Shown here piece by piece: positions 1-13,190 of a stretch of 64,000 nt of DNA. Under the pieces are notes generated by a model that did not search any database, was not told where the DNA came from, and was given only the letters and a program-made list of their open reading frames with translations. Positions within the stretch are counted from its first letter, which is position 1, and each line of letters begins with the position of its first letter. The DNA lies in contig NC_043000.1 of NCBI RefSeq assembly GCF_006345805.1, positions 76,198,001-76,262,000 on the forward strand, in the 5' to 3' direction. The translations under genes were made by a program, and so were the position numbers. The DNA comes from Octopus sinensis. Its lineage: Eukaryota.

Positions 1-40
1 GAAGTTATGTTTACGACGCACATTGTATAAACTGGTTGGT
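1..40 (-). CDS. UFL1: UFL1 exon 6, 5' part only (PTSLYNVRRKHNF), cut by the window edge
   Basis: Polypyrimidine tract and ttttcag acceptor at 41-42; phase completes the AA of exon 5. Aligns with human PTAVNSLISKYGF. Confidence 0.8.
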
Positions 41-442
41 CTGAAAATAAACAAACAATTTTAACTCATTTCATACCAACCCATCTGAGACCATCACCTC
101 TCATTCTATGTTATCAACCTGAGATCACCTCCTCTTCTTCAACACCAATCCATTTAAGACCACCTCTCATTATATCTCACAAAACTTGCTTGTTTTAAAG
201 TGTTCATCAACATCATTATCTTTTTAGTGTTCACTTTTACAGGAGTGCATGGGTTAGAAGGCATTTGTTAAGGCACATTTTTGACAGACAGATACCCTTC
301 CTGTTGCTAACCCTTACTAGTTTCCAAGCAAGGTAATATTTCTCATGATTTTATAGAAGAATGGAAACATCACTGCTTGCATAACAATGGCACTCATTCA
401 CACATTACATAAAAATACATATACATGCATATACATATATAT

Positions 443-598
443 GACAGGCTTCTTTTAGTTTCCATATTCCATATCCACTTATAAGGGTTTGTTGGCCCAA
501 GACTTAAGTAGAAGACACTGCCCAACATGCTTCACATTGGAACTGAGCTTGAAATAATGTGGTTGGGAAGCAAACTTCTTAACCATATAGCCTTACCT
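443..598 (-). mobile_element. tRNA-like SINE family A; other copies at 16521-16670 (-) and 23135-23288 (-)
   Basis: Three related copies with a tRNA-like head (gtggtaag...gttcagttcca) and a body containing gggcaagtgtcttctacta, ending in TA/CA repeats. Confidence 0.75.
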
Positions 599-854
599 GT
601 TCATATATATATTTGTCTTCCTTCATAATCTTATGTAAGAACCTCTTTTTATATTCCAAATACCAAATGAATACAAAGTTGATTATTTTACTAAATCCCA
701 ATCAAATACTAGATTATTTTCAAAATTAATTGAAACATATACATAGTGTATTTCAATAGAAATATGATTATAAAATGCATAAACTGTTAACCAGTATTAT
801 GTTGTACTCTATTTTCTGGTAATAGCTGTCACTCTTATTATTATTATTATTATT

Positions 855-1318
855 GAGTGAGAGAGCAGTGCATGCCATCTAAGTGACACTGGGGTAAAAT
901 ATACAAAGCCCAGTATACCCATCATGACTACCCGTCTGATAAGGGTACACCAGGCACATGCATGACAACCATATGTGCGCAACATGGTGATCTCATATCA
1001 AGATAAACAGCACATGACCTTGCAGTTGGGGCCCAGTTAGAATTTTCTTCTGGTTGAGTAGCCCGTCCCGCTCAAAAGGTCCCTGAATAAGGATTGTTTA
1101 AGGATGTTGAACGAACCACCCATGTTTCCAAAGGCGAATTATCCAAACCTCCAAGAATTCCTTTCAACACACAGCTATAATGCTCCCCCACTACTTCTGC
1201 TCATGATCAGAGATGCATATATCGTCAGCCACTAAGGGACATGCTCAACTGGTTAAGGTCAAACAACTGACAAGCAAATCTGTGGGTATTGAGCAGAATA
1301 TTTGCTGTAACCCATCTT
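855..1318 (-). mobile_element. Unclassified interspersed repeat ending in (TAA)n; partial second copy at ~2690-2860
   Basis: Near-identical segment gatctcatatcaagataaacagcacatgacc...cccatgtttcca occurs at both loci; no ORF. Confidence 0.65.
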
Positions 1319-1321
1319 TAT

Positions 1322-1335
1322 CATTATCATTATCA

Positions 1336-1374
<39 letters not shown>

Positions 1375-2482
1375 TATGTTTGACTTTTACTTTACATTTG
1401 CACAAGCTGGCTCCAAGTCTCACCCAGAGATCTCAAGAGACAAGTTGGAAGTTCATGTTGGTGCTATGCCTAGGGTGCTATATATTTGGTTTTGTACTTA
1501 GTGTTGTACTAGTGAATGCCTAAAAAACCATATGAAAATTATGTTTGTTTTAAAACTTGAGATTACAAAGAAAGTATTTTGCGTAGGATATGAGCAGTTC
1601 CCATGAGCACTATCTTTTGAATTTCTGCCATTTTGGAGTTTCCTGGTATCTGAGTTAGGTCGCAATCAGCCCCTTTTGCTATCATTCCCAGGGCACCTAT
1701 GACAACAGGTATTTTGCTGATTTCTATTTCCAGATCTTTATATTTGCTCAGTTTCTGGTAGGTCTTGACAGTCATATCAATGAGGAGGCATGATTTTTGT
1801 CTGAAGTCTTTTACTATGATGTCTGGCCTATTCGTGTCTATCTTTCTGTCAGTTTGAATGGTGAAGTTCCAGAGGAGTGAGATGTGGTCATTTTCAAGCA
1901 CTGGAGGTGGTTTGTGTTCCCACCAGTTTTTATCATGGGGCAAGTCCAGGCTTCTGCAAATTACCCAGTGAAGCTTTTGTGCAGCTCTATCATGCCTGTT
2001 GAGATACTCTGTAGGTGCAAGAAGACTGCACTTGGAGACAACATGATCAATGGTTTCATTTTGTTGTTGACATACACAACATGTTGGGCTACTGCTGTTC
2101 TTTAATATGTTGGCCTGGTAGTTCCTTGTAGGTAGGCATTGATCTTGAGCTGCTATGATAAACCCTTCTGTTTTAGATTTTAAGCCAGAGGCCATTAGTC
2201 ATTGATGGGTCAGGGCTCTGTCAACATCTGCATTATTCACTCTCTTTGGGTATTTGCCATTGAGAGGTTTTTCTTGCCATTTATCATTCAGAATATCTAA
2301 GGCAGCAGTTTTAGCACAGGTTTTCATGCGCTTAGCTTTTTCAGTGCTTGTTTCTTGTGTGTCTAATTCTGGAATTTGTTGTATTCGGAATTCACTTAGA
2401 TATTCCTTTGCCTGTTTTGTTACTGAGTATGATGCTTTCTTGTTTTCATGTTTTGTGACAAGTTTTATTATTATTATTATTA
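1322..2482 (-). mobile_element. 5'-truncated R4/Dong-like non-LTR retrotransposon (CCHC knuckle plus restriction-like endonuclease) with (TAA)n tail
   Basis: ORF 1563-2195 has C..C...ETIDHVVSKC, RHD and NRPDII motifs; (TAA)n on both flanks. A second 3' fragment lies near 3100-3260. Confidence 0.75.
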
Positions 2483-2861
2483 ATTAGGGTAGTATGCTTA
2501 GCAGCATTTCTTCCAGCTTAATGTTGTGAATTCAAATACTACCAAGGTCAACTTTCCTTTCATCCTTCCAGAGTTGATGTAACTGACTAGCCCCATCCCT
2601 CAAAATTACAGGCGTTGTTCAAAGGATTATTTAGGGTGATAGACTGCCAGTATCATTAAAGCATCAGACAAAATGCCTTGCAGTATAACAACCACATATG
2701 CACGACATGATGATCTCATATCAAGATAAACAGCACATGACCTTGAAGGTGAGGCCCAGTTAGAATTTTCTTCATGTCGAGTAGCCCATCCCAATCAAAA
2801 GGTCCCTGAATAAGGGTTGTTTAAGGATGTACAATGAAACACCCATGTTTCCAGAGGTGAA

Positions 2862-3065
2862 AAGCAGTGAGCTGGCAGAATCTTTAGAATATCAGACAAA
2901 ATACTTAGTGGTATTTCATCTGTTTTAATGTTCTGAATTCAAATTACACCGAAGTTGACTTTGCCTTTAATCCTTTCAGGGACAATAAATTAAGTACCAG
3001 TCAAGCACTGGGATTGATATAATTGTCTAGCACCCTCCTCCAAAACTTCTGGTCTTATGCCTTAA
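2862..3065 (+). mobile_element. tRNA-like SINE family B (gagctggcagaa...ttctgagttcaaat...gactttgcctttcatcc)
   Basis: Same consensus recurs in the clusters at 34415-35095 and 38742-39415 and at 43370-43637. Confidence 0.75.
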
Positions 3066-4089
3066 ACTAGTACATACTAATTTAATTAGCAGGAAATTTA
3101 TCTTGAAGGTTGGTGACAAGTCTCTTCAGATCTCAAGAATCTCTCTGAGGATTTTTGCAGAATATATCTCAATTCCAATCTCTTTCAGTCTCTTAGGCAA
3201 CATTTTGAGTATTGTACCAAATGTAACAATTACTGCAGAAATAATTGTCTGTCTTCCACAGTCTCTTCAGCTCTCTGACTACATATTTATTATTATCATT
3301 ATTATTATTATTTACAGCATTAGGTTGGCAGAATCTTTACAACATGCCTTGCAATATTTCTTTCAATAGTTATTATTATTATTATTATTGTTATTGTATC
3401 TAATAAAAGCACAAGGCAACAAATTAAAGAGAATAGTAAAGAGAATTAGATCAAACTCTACAGGTTACTTTAAATGATCAACCTCTGAAGAATGGAAGGT
3501 AAAGTCAAGTATGGCATGATTCAAACACAGAATGATGCTCTACTGATTCTACAAAGAAAAAAAGAAGACAAATGATAATAATAATAATAATGGTTTCTAA
3601 TTCAAGAACAAGCCAACAATTTTCAGTGTAAGGAGTACTATATTTTATCAGTATTCCAAAAGTTGACCTTTGAAACCAGAATGTACAAGATAATTAATCT
3701 GGAGTTGTATCACTCTGATGACCACTTTTTTTATATATTATTAACAATAATTACAATAACCTTAGAAATACATTTTGTAGAGTACCACAAGTGTAACATA
3801 CATATGCAGTAGACAGAAAATAGCACTACTAGTTACTGTGTACATATGTACAGTATTTTCAATACAATAGAAAGTACAGAAACTAAATACTACACAAGCC
3901 ATCAGAGCTGAGCAGTGAAGCATGCAGTGAATACAAGGCACTCAAGCTACATTCGAGGATTTTTTTGTCTTCCTTCTTCAGGAACAGCTTGATGTATTAG
4001 TAAACAGTCAACAGCATTGGAGAGCATAAAGATTAAAGTTGTAATTGAGAAAAAGTTACCAGACAAGGAGGATCAGAAGTCATCTGAAT

Positions 4090-4825
4090 ATTGGGAAAAA
4101 AGAGTCACTTTATCATGATGATTTGTACCAAGTATCAAAATGCTGACATCATGACTACTGCTCAATGCTCTATGAACACTGTAAAGGTTGAAAGATGTGA
4201 CATGGACAGCTGCAACAGAGACTACAAAGCTGTGGCCAGCAGGTATGGACACAGCAGACATTCTAATTGTGTCTGCATGCTGGAATTCATCTCAACATCT
4301 GTAAACAAGGCCTTAGGATCAATTCAGATGGCTATGTGAAACTGCTGGACTATGGTCAATCACTGACTAGAGAGGGTTGCTGCTGGAAGACCATATGAGT
4401 GGTAGCAGGATTTGGCTCCATGACATACCACTGGAAAGAACAAGTTGTCAGAGAACTTCACTAGCCCCAATTTCCAGCTTCCTAATTCTTCTGATTGTAA
4501 TCCCTTGGATTACTATGTGTGGTGCACCATAAAGAAAGACACCAACTGCTCCACCTACAACTCTAAGGCCAAGTTAATGGCTCAGATAAAGGAGGTGTTC
4601 AAAGATGTTCCTATGGACACCGTGAGGAGAGTATGTGCCAGGTTCTGGAGCTATTTTGAGGCCATGATGGAAGCTGAGAGTGGCTACTTTGAGTAAACTG
4701 TTATCACCCAGCCATAATCTAGTTGATATCTTCTGATTTTAAAAAATATTTTAGCTTTAGATGGCATATTAAGTTTTCAGTTCTTTTTATACAAACTGTC
4801 AAACTGAGCCTGATCACCCTGTATA
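4090..4825 (+). mobile_element. Internally deleted Tc1/mariner (maT/DD37D-like) remnant
   Basis: ORF 4445-4696 PNSSDCNPLDYYVW...EAMMEAESGYFE matches the WPPNSPDLNP C-terminal motif; right end is TA-CAGGGTG-type. Confidence 0.65.
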
Positions 4826-5040
4826 AGATTACTGAGGTTAGAATTTCTATATAAAGGTATGAAGTCATAAATTTTAAAGGAAAGGTGCCATTGATTAGCA
4901 ACTTATTTACACTACACTGGAAGGATGAAGTCAGTGGAATTCAAACTGAGAATGTAAAAAGATGCAACTAAATTCTGTAAACCATTTAGTCCAACAGTCC
5001 CCTGATTCTGAGATCCACAATAATAATTCTAAATACTTAC

Positions 5041-5171
5041 TTGGTTATGGCACTGAAAAGACCTCGTACTTGAGCTCTTATACGAGATACATAAAGTTCA
5101 GTGTATAGAACATCTTTGTTGGAAGTGTCCAGATGACCTTTGATTGTGCCACCAATATTCTGTTGAACCAA
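5041..5171 (-). CDS. UFL1: UFL1 exon 5, LVQQNIGGTIKGHLDTSNKDVLYTELYVSRIRAQVRGLFSAITK
   Basis: ttgcag/GTAAGT boundaries, 131 nt, conserved RGLFSAIT motif. Follows a ~14.5-kb intron. Confidence 0.95.
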
Positions 5172-5639
5172 CTGCAAAGACAAGTTTATACATTGTCAAA
5201 ATAGTAATATTTTAAATCATAGTCTATCTGTATTAGCAATTGACAATTCAACAAAGTCTTCCTTACTCAGAGATACTCCATTTTTAATGGAATAATTCTA
5301 AGTAACAAAGACAGTTAGGCAGAGGACTATTCTTTGTAGAAGATTCTGACTTAGACACATAACATGCTTTCATATGTAATTAGAGATATGAGTAGTAATG
5401 AGCATTATATCCACAACATCCCCACTAATAAGATGAAGTGTATTTATGTGGTCTCTCAACCTGCTACAAATAGAAAACAAACCAATCTGGTAAAGGATAT
5501 GGAAGCATAAAGATCCTTTGAACAGTTAGAGATTTAGAGATATTCTAAATGAAGCATTTGAAAACAAGTACAGCAAGGAGACATAACATACAAGACAAGT
5601 GGAATATAACATAGAAGGGACAACCTACTGTGAGCTACA

Positions 5640-7050
5640 GACTAAATCTGTTGCTGGAGCAAAGCTCAAGCCAGACCAAGGATATCATGGTGAAGAACAG
5701 GGATGTAGACAGAGCCATAAAACAAAGAGGTAAACTTGGAAGGATTGGAATAATGGGGGCAGCAGAGAATTATACCAGATAACTAGAAAAGAAACTAAGC
5801 AACAGCTCTATTTAGCAAGGGAAGAAGCAGAAAAGAAGAGGTTTGCTAATGTTCTATGGTGTGAGGACCAGATATATGGTGTGCTGGACATGTGAAGTGT
5901 ATATGGATGGATGATGACACATTTGCACTCAGTAATTCAGAAAAGAAAAGAGGCATGGAATTGCTATAATGAAAGGATACCAAATATAGAGAATGAATAG
6001 GAGAAAGAAGACTTCCTCATGTAACAGAGGGAACAGTCAATCTAGTTGTTAGTAGTATGATAGACAAATTAATTAAAGGTATAAAGACAAGGGAAGCCGC
6101 TGGTCCATTAGGAACTACTGCTGAATGTTTAAATTATCTGGCATAGTGGGATACCTTGTATAGTTAATCAGGTTGTAAGGGAAAGTATCATACCAAACAG
6201 CTAGTGTAGCAGCAACATAGTCAACTGTTACAAGGGTAAAGATGTCTTAAAGACAGTTAGCAGTTATGGACCAGGTCATGAAAATTACTAAAAGAGTTAT
6301 AGTTCAATTAAGGGAGTTAACCTAGATCAAGTGCAGTTTGGTTTCATGCTGGGGAGAAATACTACAGATTACTTGTTCTAGTAAGACAGCTGCAAAAGTG
6401 TTTAGCTAAAACTAAACTGCTGTACTTGGCATTGATCAACCTGAAGAAAGGCTTTGACAGAGTTCCTACTGTCCTAATCGTGTGATTGTTACAGAAACTA
6501 GAAATAGATGGATGGATGGTTGGCGAGAGCTTTTCAAGCCATGTACAGGGATGCTGTCAGTAAGGTGAGAGCTATCAATGAATAAAGAGATAAATTTAGT
6601 GCATAGGCAGGAGTTCACCAGGGTTTGGTTATCAGTCCCTTCCTATTTATCATAATCCTCTTGGTCATAACAGAGAGGTTTAAGACTGGTTGCCCATGGA
6701 AACTCTTCTATGATGATGTCAATGCTTTTATAGCTGAATCTGTAGCAGAATTAGAAAAAAAATTCCAGGTGTGGAAGCAAAACCTGGAACCAAAAAGGCC
6801 CTTAAAGTTAACTTAGCAAATAGTAAAGTTCTAGTATGCAGGAAAATAGACAGGATGCTAATCCCTTCAGGTCAAAGAATGTAAAAAAGGTGCAGGTAAA
6901 AATTTCATAAGGAGTGCCTAGTGCAAAGCATGGACACATAAGAGGTGCAGTGGAATTACAGAAAGGTTAACAGATAAACAAGAGTTTGTATGTGCCAGAT
7001 GTGCAGGAACAATAAACACTAAGATTACACCGGAAATGAACTTTAGAGGT
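5640..7050 (+). mobile_element. Heavily degraded RTE-clade LINE
   Basis: Recognisable similarity to the better preserved RTE copies (QFGF, AFD, WKLFYDD, WTHKRC segments) with many stops. Confidence 0.7.
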
Positions 7051-7079
7051 AGCTTCAACTTTGCTTTGCAACAGTAGAG

Positions 7080-7655
7080 AGCAATGTCAGAAACGCCAGG
7101 TGGGACACCAAGCCACTTCCTGGTGTATGAGTCTTGACCTCCATCATTTCTACTTTGCTAGTGTTGATATTGTATATCAGCAAAGGCCAAAGGATCTTTG
7201 ATACCAGCATGAAATGCAGGCATCAGACTCTGTATTTTCCAGAGAGGCTACATAAGTCTATTGCCTGCAAGCTCTCCTCTGCCACTGCCTGGTTTCTTTC
7301 CCTATTTCTGTGTCATTTGGAGGGCTATCAGCTTCCAAGGCTCTTCACTGATTCTTTTAATATTGTTGGAATTGGTTGGCTGCAGTGAATGAAAACCTTA
7401 TCTGCTACTTCCTGTTTCCGTAATGAAAAGCTCCATGACTTCAGATATATATCTTTATGCTTCCTTATCCTTCTTTACTAGATGGGCTTGTGTGTGTCTG
7501 ATTCCTTGTAGCTCTAACTCTAAAATCACTAAGTACTATCCTACAAACATAAATATAATGATTTCGCTGAGGCATTTCTTAAATGGTGAGCTGAGCACGA
7601 TGTTCTTATAGCAGAAAAAGCTGATAGCTTTCATTACAAAGTGTTAGATAACTCC
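7080..7655 (-). mobile_element. Possible R2/NeSL-like non-LTR remnant
   Basis: Minus-strand YTRKWLGVPPGVSDI resembles the RKWLG.P motif downstream of RT in RLE elements; otherwise decayed. Confidence 0.3.
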
Positions 7656-7660
7656 TGTTC

Positions 7661-8152
7661 ATCATCATCATCATCATCGTTTAACGTCCGCTTTCCATGC
7701 TAGCATGGGCTGGATGATTTGACTAAAGTCTGGCGAACCAGATGGCTGCACTAGGATCCAGTCTGATCTGGCAGAGTTTCTACAGCTGGATGCCCTGCCT
7801 AATGCCAACCGCTCCAAGAGTGCAGTGGGTGCTTTTACGTGCCACTGGCATGAGGGCCAGTCAGGCAGTACCGGCAATGGCCACGCTCAAATGGTGCTTT
7901 TTATGTGCCACCTGCACAGGAGCCAGTCCAGCGGCACTGGCAATGACCTTGCTTGTAAGTTTTTTCGCATGCCACCAGCACAATTGCCAGTAAGGCTACG
8001 CAGGTAATGATCATGCTCAAATGGTGCTTTTTACGTGTCACCAGCACGGAAGCCAGTTTGTTGCTCTGGCAACAATCACACTCAGATGGTACTCTTAGCA
8101 CTCCACTAGTACGGAAGCAGTCATTGAATTTGATTTCGATTTCACTTGCCTC
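7661..8152 (-). mobile_element. Isolated RTE 3' UTR with (GAT)n tail and ~58-bp internal repeats; shorter copies at 13853-14072 (-), 19300-19460 (-), 49190-49615 (+) and 53130-53278 (+)
   Basis: Same sequence follows the RT stop codon in the RTE copy at 55612-57670. Confidence 0.8.
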
Positions 8153-8351
8153 AAAAATTCATATTTATATATATATATTTCTTTTATTCTTTTACTTGTT
8201 TCAGTCATTTGACTGCAGCCATGCTGGTGCACTGCTTTTAGTTGAACAAACTGACCCCAGGACTTATTCTCTTGGTGTCTTTTGTTGAACCGCTAAGTTA
8301 TGAGGACATAAACACATAAACATCAGTTGTTAAGCGATGGTGGGGTGACAA

Positions 8352-11300
8352 ATACAATCATCATCATCATCAATTCATGTCTGTTTTCTATGCTGCCATG
8401 GGTTGGATGGTTTGAATGAGGTCTGGAAAGCCAGCAGCTGCACCAGGCTCCAATCTAATCAGGCAATGTTTCTACAGCTGGATGCCTTCCTAACACCAGC
8501 CACTCTGAGAGTGTAGTGGGTGCATTTTACATATCACCAGCACAGGAGCCAGTCAGGCAGGCTTGGCATTGATCACGTTCAGATAGTGCTTTTTACATGC
8601 CACGGGCATGGGAGCCAGTCAGGGGGCACTGGCATCAGCCACTTTCGGATGGTGCTTTTTACATGCCATTGGCGTGGCAACCACTCAGGCGGACCTGGCA
8701 TCAACCACGTTTGGATAATGCTTTTTACATGCCACCAGCACAGGAGCCAGTCAGGGGGCAATGGTATCAACACATTCAGGTGATGCATTTTACATGCTAC
8801 CAAAATGGGAGCCAGTCAGGGGAAAACAGCCACAGTTACAATTTTGGTTTTACTTGACTCAACAGGTCTTCTCAAACAAATCATATCACCACACAGTAAG
8901 TGTACTTTTAAATGGGCCATGCATGCAACATTGGCATCAGCTATGGCTGCAATCTCATTTTAGTTGCCAGATCTTCTCAATCACAGCATATATCCAAAGG
9001 TTTTGGTCTCCTGTCATTGCCTCTGTGAGGCCCAATGTTCGAAGGTCATGCTTCGCCACCTCATCCCAGGTTTTCCACAGGCTGCTTTCACAGTTAGGGT
9101 GTGGGACTTCCTCACACAACTGTCCTCATTCATACAGAACACATGACCATACCAGCAAAGTCGTCTCTCTTGCACACCAAATTTGATGCTTCTTATGTCC
9201 AACTTTTCTCTCAGGGTGCTCACACTCTGTCATGTATGCACACTGACATTACACATCCAGCGGATCATACTAGCTTCATTTCTTTCTAGCCTATGCATGT
9301 CTTCAGCAGTCATCGCCCATGTTTCACTGCCATGTAGCATGACAGTTTGCACACATGCATCAGGCAGTCTACTTTTAATCCTGAGCAAGAGGCCCTTAGC
9401 TGCCAGCAGAGGTAGGAGACCCCTGAACTTTGCCCAGGCTATTCTTATTCTAGCTGCAACACCCTCAGAGCAACCATCTCCACTAAAGACTTGGTTGCAT
9501 AGGTAGCAGAAACTATCAACTACTTCTAGTTTTTCTCCTGGCATGTGATGGAATCTGCTTTCTGTACATCTTCAGTGTTTATTGCCCCTATGCATCTGCT
9601 ACACACAAAAACTATCTTCCCAGTTAACCTTCTTTTGATATTGCTGCAACTTTTATGTGTCCATAGCTTACACCAGGTATATCGTATGGAGTTTCTACCC
9701 ACACCTCTTCTTCAGATCGAGCAGGGCCATCTACCTGAAGGGGTTTGTGATTTGTCAGCCTTCCTATATAATAAGACTTTGGTTTTTGCTAGGTTAACCG
9801 TAAGGCTCTTCGATTCTAGATCTTGCTTCCACACCCTAAACTCCGTCTCTACTTCTGGTAGTAACGTGGCTATTAGAGAAAGGTCATCAGCATAGAGGAG
9901 CTCACAGGGGTAGTCTGTCTTGAATTCCTGTTATTGCCTGGTGGTCTATGATGAATAAGAGGATGCTGAGGACTGAACCTTGGTGAAACCCTACTGCTGC
10001 CTGGAATTCTTCAATATACTCATTGCTAACCCTCACCTTACTGACAGAATCCCCGTACAGGGCTTGTACAGCACTTACCAACCACCTGTCTATCCCCAGT
10101 TTCCACAATGACCACCAGATAAGGGATCAAGGGATCCTGTCAAAATCTTTCTCCAAGTCAACAAAAGCCAAGTATAGGGGTTTATCTTTGGCTAGGTATT
10201 TCTCCTGCAGTTGCCTTACCAGAAATATAGCATCAGTGGTGTTTCTGCCTGGCACAAAACCAAACTGCATCTCATCTAAGCTAACTCTCTCTATAATTAG
10301 TTGGGCTGTAACTTTCATCACTTGACCCAATAATTTGATACCCCTGTAGTTATTTTTATCTAAAGAATCACCTTTACCTTTGTAGCAGTTGACTATGGTG
10401 CTGCTAAACCAGTGATTGAGTATGACTCCTTCATGAACTACCTGATTTACAATGCAGGTGACAAGACCATAACCCACACCACCCAATATCTTAAGCATCT
10501 CAGTGGTGATTCCTGATGGGCCAGGTGCTTTCCCTGTCTTCATATCCTTAATTGCTTTATCTACCACGGTACTGTCAATTCGGGGAGCTTGTCCCTCAAT
10601 TGGGTCAACTTTTGGCAGACTCTCCTCCTCCCATTCATTCTCCACATTCAACAGTCTTTCATAATGGCATCTCCAAGCCTCTTTCTTTGCAGAATCATTA
10701 ACCCTTTCATTACTAACCTGGCCATACCAGGCCGAGAGAACCTATTGTTATTTAAATGTAAATTTGAACCCAAATCTCATTGGTACATTCGTTAAAACAC
10801 ATGATTTCACTTTGTAAATAGTTGGGTTATAGTATCCGACATTGCTTGACCTGATATCTAAACTCAGTGAATTTTGGGAGATTTTTTTTCCACATTTTTT
10901 TCAGCATCGATTTTTCTTCAACTTTGAAAATGGATAGGAGTTTCATGTTATCAAGCATTGATTCCGAATTTAAAGCTTTTTCAACGGAAAATAGGGAGAT
11001 ATCGAGAAAAAGAATGAATGAGGTACAAAAGCACATGGTGTACGAGAATGAATAGGATATTTCGGTATCCGAAATTGAAAGCAGCGATTCTGAAGAAACT
11101 GAAAGCAGCGATAGCAACAGCAAAGATGATTTTACATCGGAATGAAGTAAAAATGTTTTTATTAGTAATTTTTCTGAGGAGATAGGGTCTATCCATAGTC
11201 TTTCTTAGGAAGCGAAACCGTTAGACTTTTATTTGTTTCAGTATGCTTGTTTGAAGTGATCACTGTTACGCAGAATGTAAACAAACACAAATTGGGAGAT

Positions 11301-13190
11301 CAAAGTTTGGAAAATTTGTGAAGCAAATACTGGGTACTGTTGTGGATTTAGTTTTTATACAGGGAAAATAATGTTAGTCAGCATGGCCTAGGGAACGATG
11401 TGGTCTGGAATTTATTACTTCCATACCATAACCAGGACCGTATATTATTTTTTGACCAATTTCTTTAGTTCGGTCAAACTTGCTGTGGATTTAGATGGAT
11501 TCCAATATTTCAGTTTATTCCACCTTTATGGTACACCTGTTCTGTTGTGCAGTAAATTCAACTGATGATCTATTGATGTGCACAATTCTTCTTTATCAAA
11601 ATTTTGTTGCATACCCAATTGAATATTAGCTGATGATTCATTTTCTATGGTGATGTTTAAACAAAACTTTAATATTTTTACCTTTTGCTCAGTTTACCGG
11701 GATTTACCTGTAATTAAAGTCACTTTGAGACAAAAGTTATGCAATAGAATTGATTAAGAACCCTTTCTTTAATTATGTTCCAAATATTACATTAATATGT
11801 TGATAAGTAAAAAAGTTACAGTTATTTAATGAAACAAGCCTAAATTCATGATTATTTTAGAATTTAATTGAAACTCATGAGGGGTGTATTTTGGTCAGAA
11901 ATATAGTAACGAAAAGGTTAAACCCAAGGGCACCATCATCCATTTCTCTCATATGACATCACAATTTTCTCTCACACAATGTCTTGCAATCTGAAATACT
12001 TCAGTTCTTCGATCGTCATGAGGCTGAACTTTTTCTTTTCTGCTAATCCCTTGGCTATATATACCTATCTCCTAGCTTCCCTTTTGACTATCTGATACAG
12101 TCCCCTGCTACCTCCACTCTTCCAGGCCTGTTTCTTTGCTCTAATGGCCCTGTCTACTGTACTGTTCCACCACCATGGTACTCTAGATCTGGAAGGAACT
12201 TTGCACCAGCCACAGATTTGGTCTGTGGCACTCAGCAGGCTGTCCCGCAGGAATTCCCAGCAGCCTAAGTCACAGAACTGTAGCTCCTCCTCCCTATCAT
12301 CAAATTTCACAGTAAGGATATCCCTAAATCTCTGACCATGTGAAGGGTTCTTAAGCTTCCAAGTCCTTCTTTTCCAAATTGGTCTGCTTTTTGGCTTCGA
12401 GTCCAAAGTCATTAATAACTAGTCTATGCTGGGGGGTACATTCTTTATCAGGGAGGGTCTTTGTATTTGAGAGCAACCATGCATCCCACTGTCTGAGGAG
12501 AATGAAATCAATCTGGCTAGCAGAGTCACCTGATTGATAGGTTATCAGGTGGCTAGCTGCTTCCTGAAGTTGGTGTTGAAGATCAATAGGTTATTTGCAT
12601 TTCAGAACTCCAGGAGCCTAGTTCCCTTTTCATTTCTGGTACCAACTCCATGGTCTGCATGTACACCATGGGTGATACCAGCTTGCTGTCCAACATGCCC
12701 ATTAAAATCACCAGCCACAAAGATGAGATCATTGTCATTCATCTTTGAGGTAGCCTGCAGAAGAATATCATAAAAGTGATCCTTCTGTTCATTCGGTAGG
12801 CCCTCTTGTGAGGCATAGGCAGAGATAATTGTAGCTATACCATTCTGCAAGACTAGCCTGAGTTTAAGTACTCTATCGCACACCCTCACTACCTCTATGA
12901 CCTTATCCACTCATTTCTCTGCAAGAAGTATGCCCACACACCCTATGCCATCACTGTTACCTTCGCAGAAGAGTCTATACCTATGTGCTTTGCCTATGAG
13001 GACTCTGGCTGAAGCTCCTCTCCACCTTACCTCTTGTACGCAACATACATCAACACGTCTCCGTTCAAGCATCTCTACAATCTCACTAGAGCTGCCTTTC
13101 AATGTGCCTACATTTACAGTGCCAACTCTGAAAACTGGGAAACACAGGTAGCGATGTTATTCAACACCTGAAAAGAAGGTTCCCGTGATC
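8352..13190 (-). mobile_element. Near full-length RTE LINE (APE endonuclease plus RT), degraded and split by a piggyBac insertion
   Basis: EN (VCCVQEVRWRG, AGDFNGHVG), RT (QFGFVPGR, FVDLEKDFD), C-terminal MLHGSETW, and 3' UTR with (GAT)n tail. Confidence 0.9.
10702..11917 (+). mobile_element. Non-autonomous piggyBac derivative inserted at TTAA inside the RTE
   Basis: TTAA|CCCTTTCATTAC ... GTAACGAAAAGG|TTAA. Internal WGIKVWKICEANTGY-like catalytic-core remnant; RTE sequence resumes on both sides. Confidence 0.85.

Noticed and set aside
3941-3995. Minus-strand CTGAAGA-AGGA...TCCT-CGAA hammerhead-like string, and a plus-strand exon-like segment after ttcttcag
   Set aside because: The GAAA, stem III and NUH are missing. 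The exon-like frame is 15 codons with no partner exons.
8520-8830. CRISPR-like array (conserved core plus variable segments; also 57330-57610)
   Set aside because: The variable segments are homologous to each other, the array is part of the RTE 3' UTR, the context is eukaryotic and there are no cas genes.
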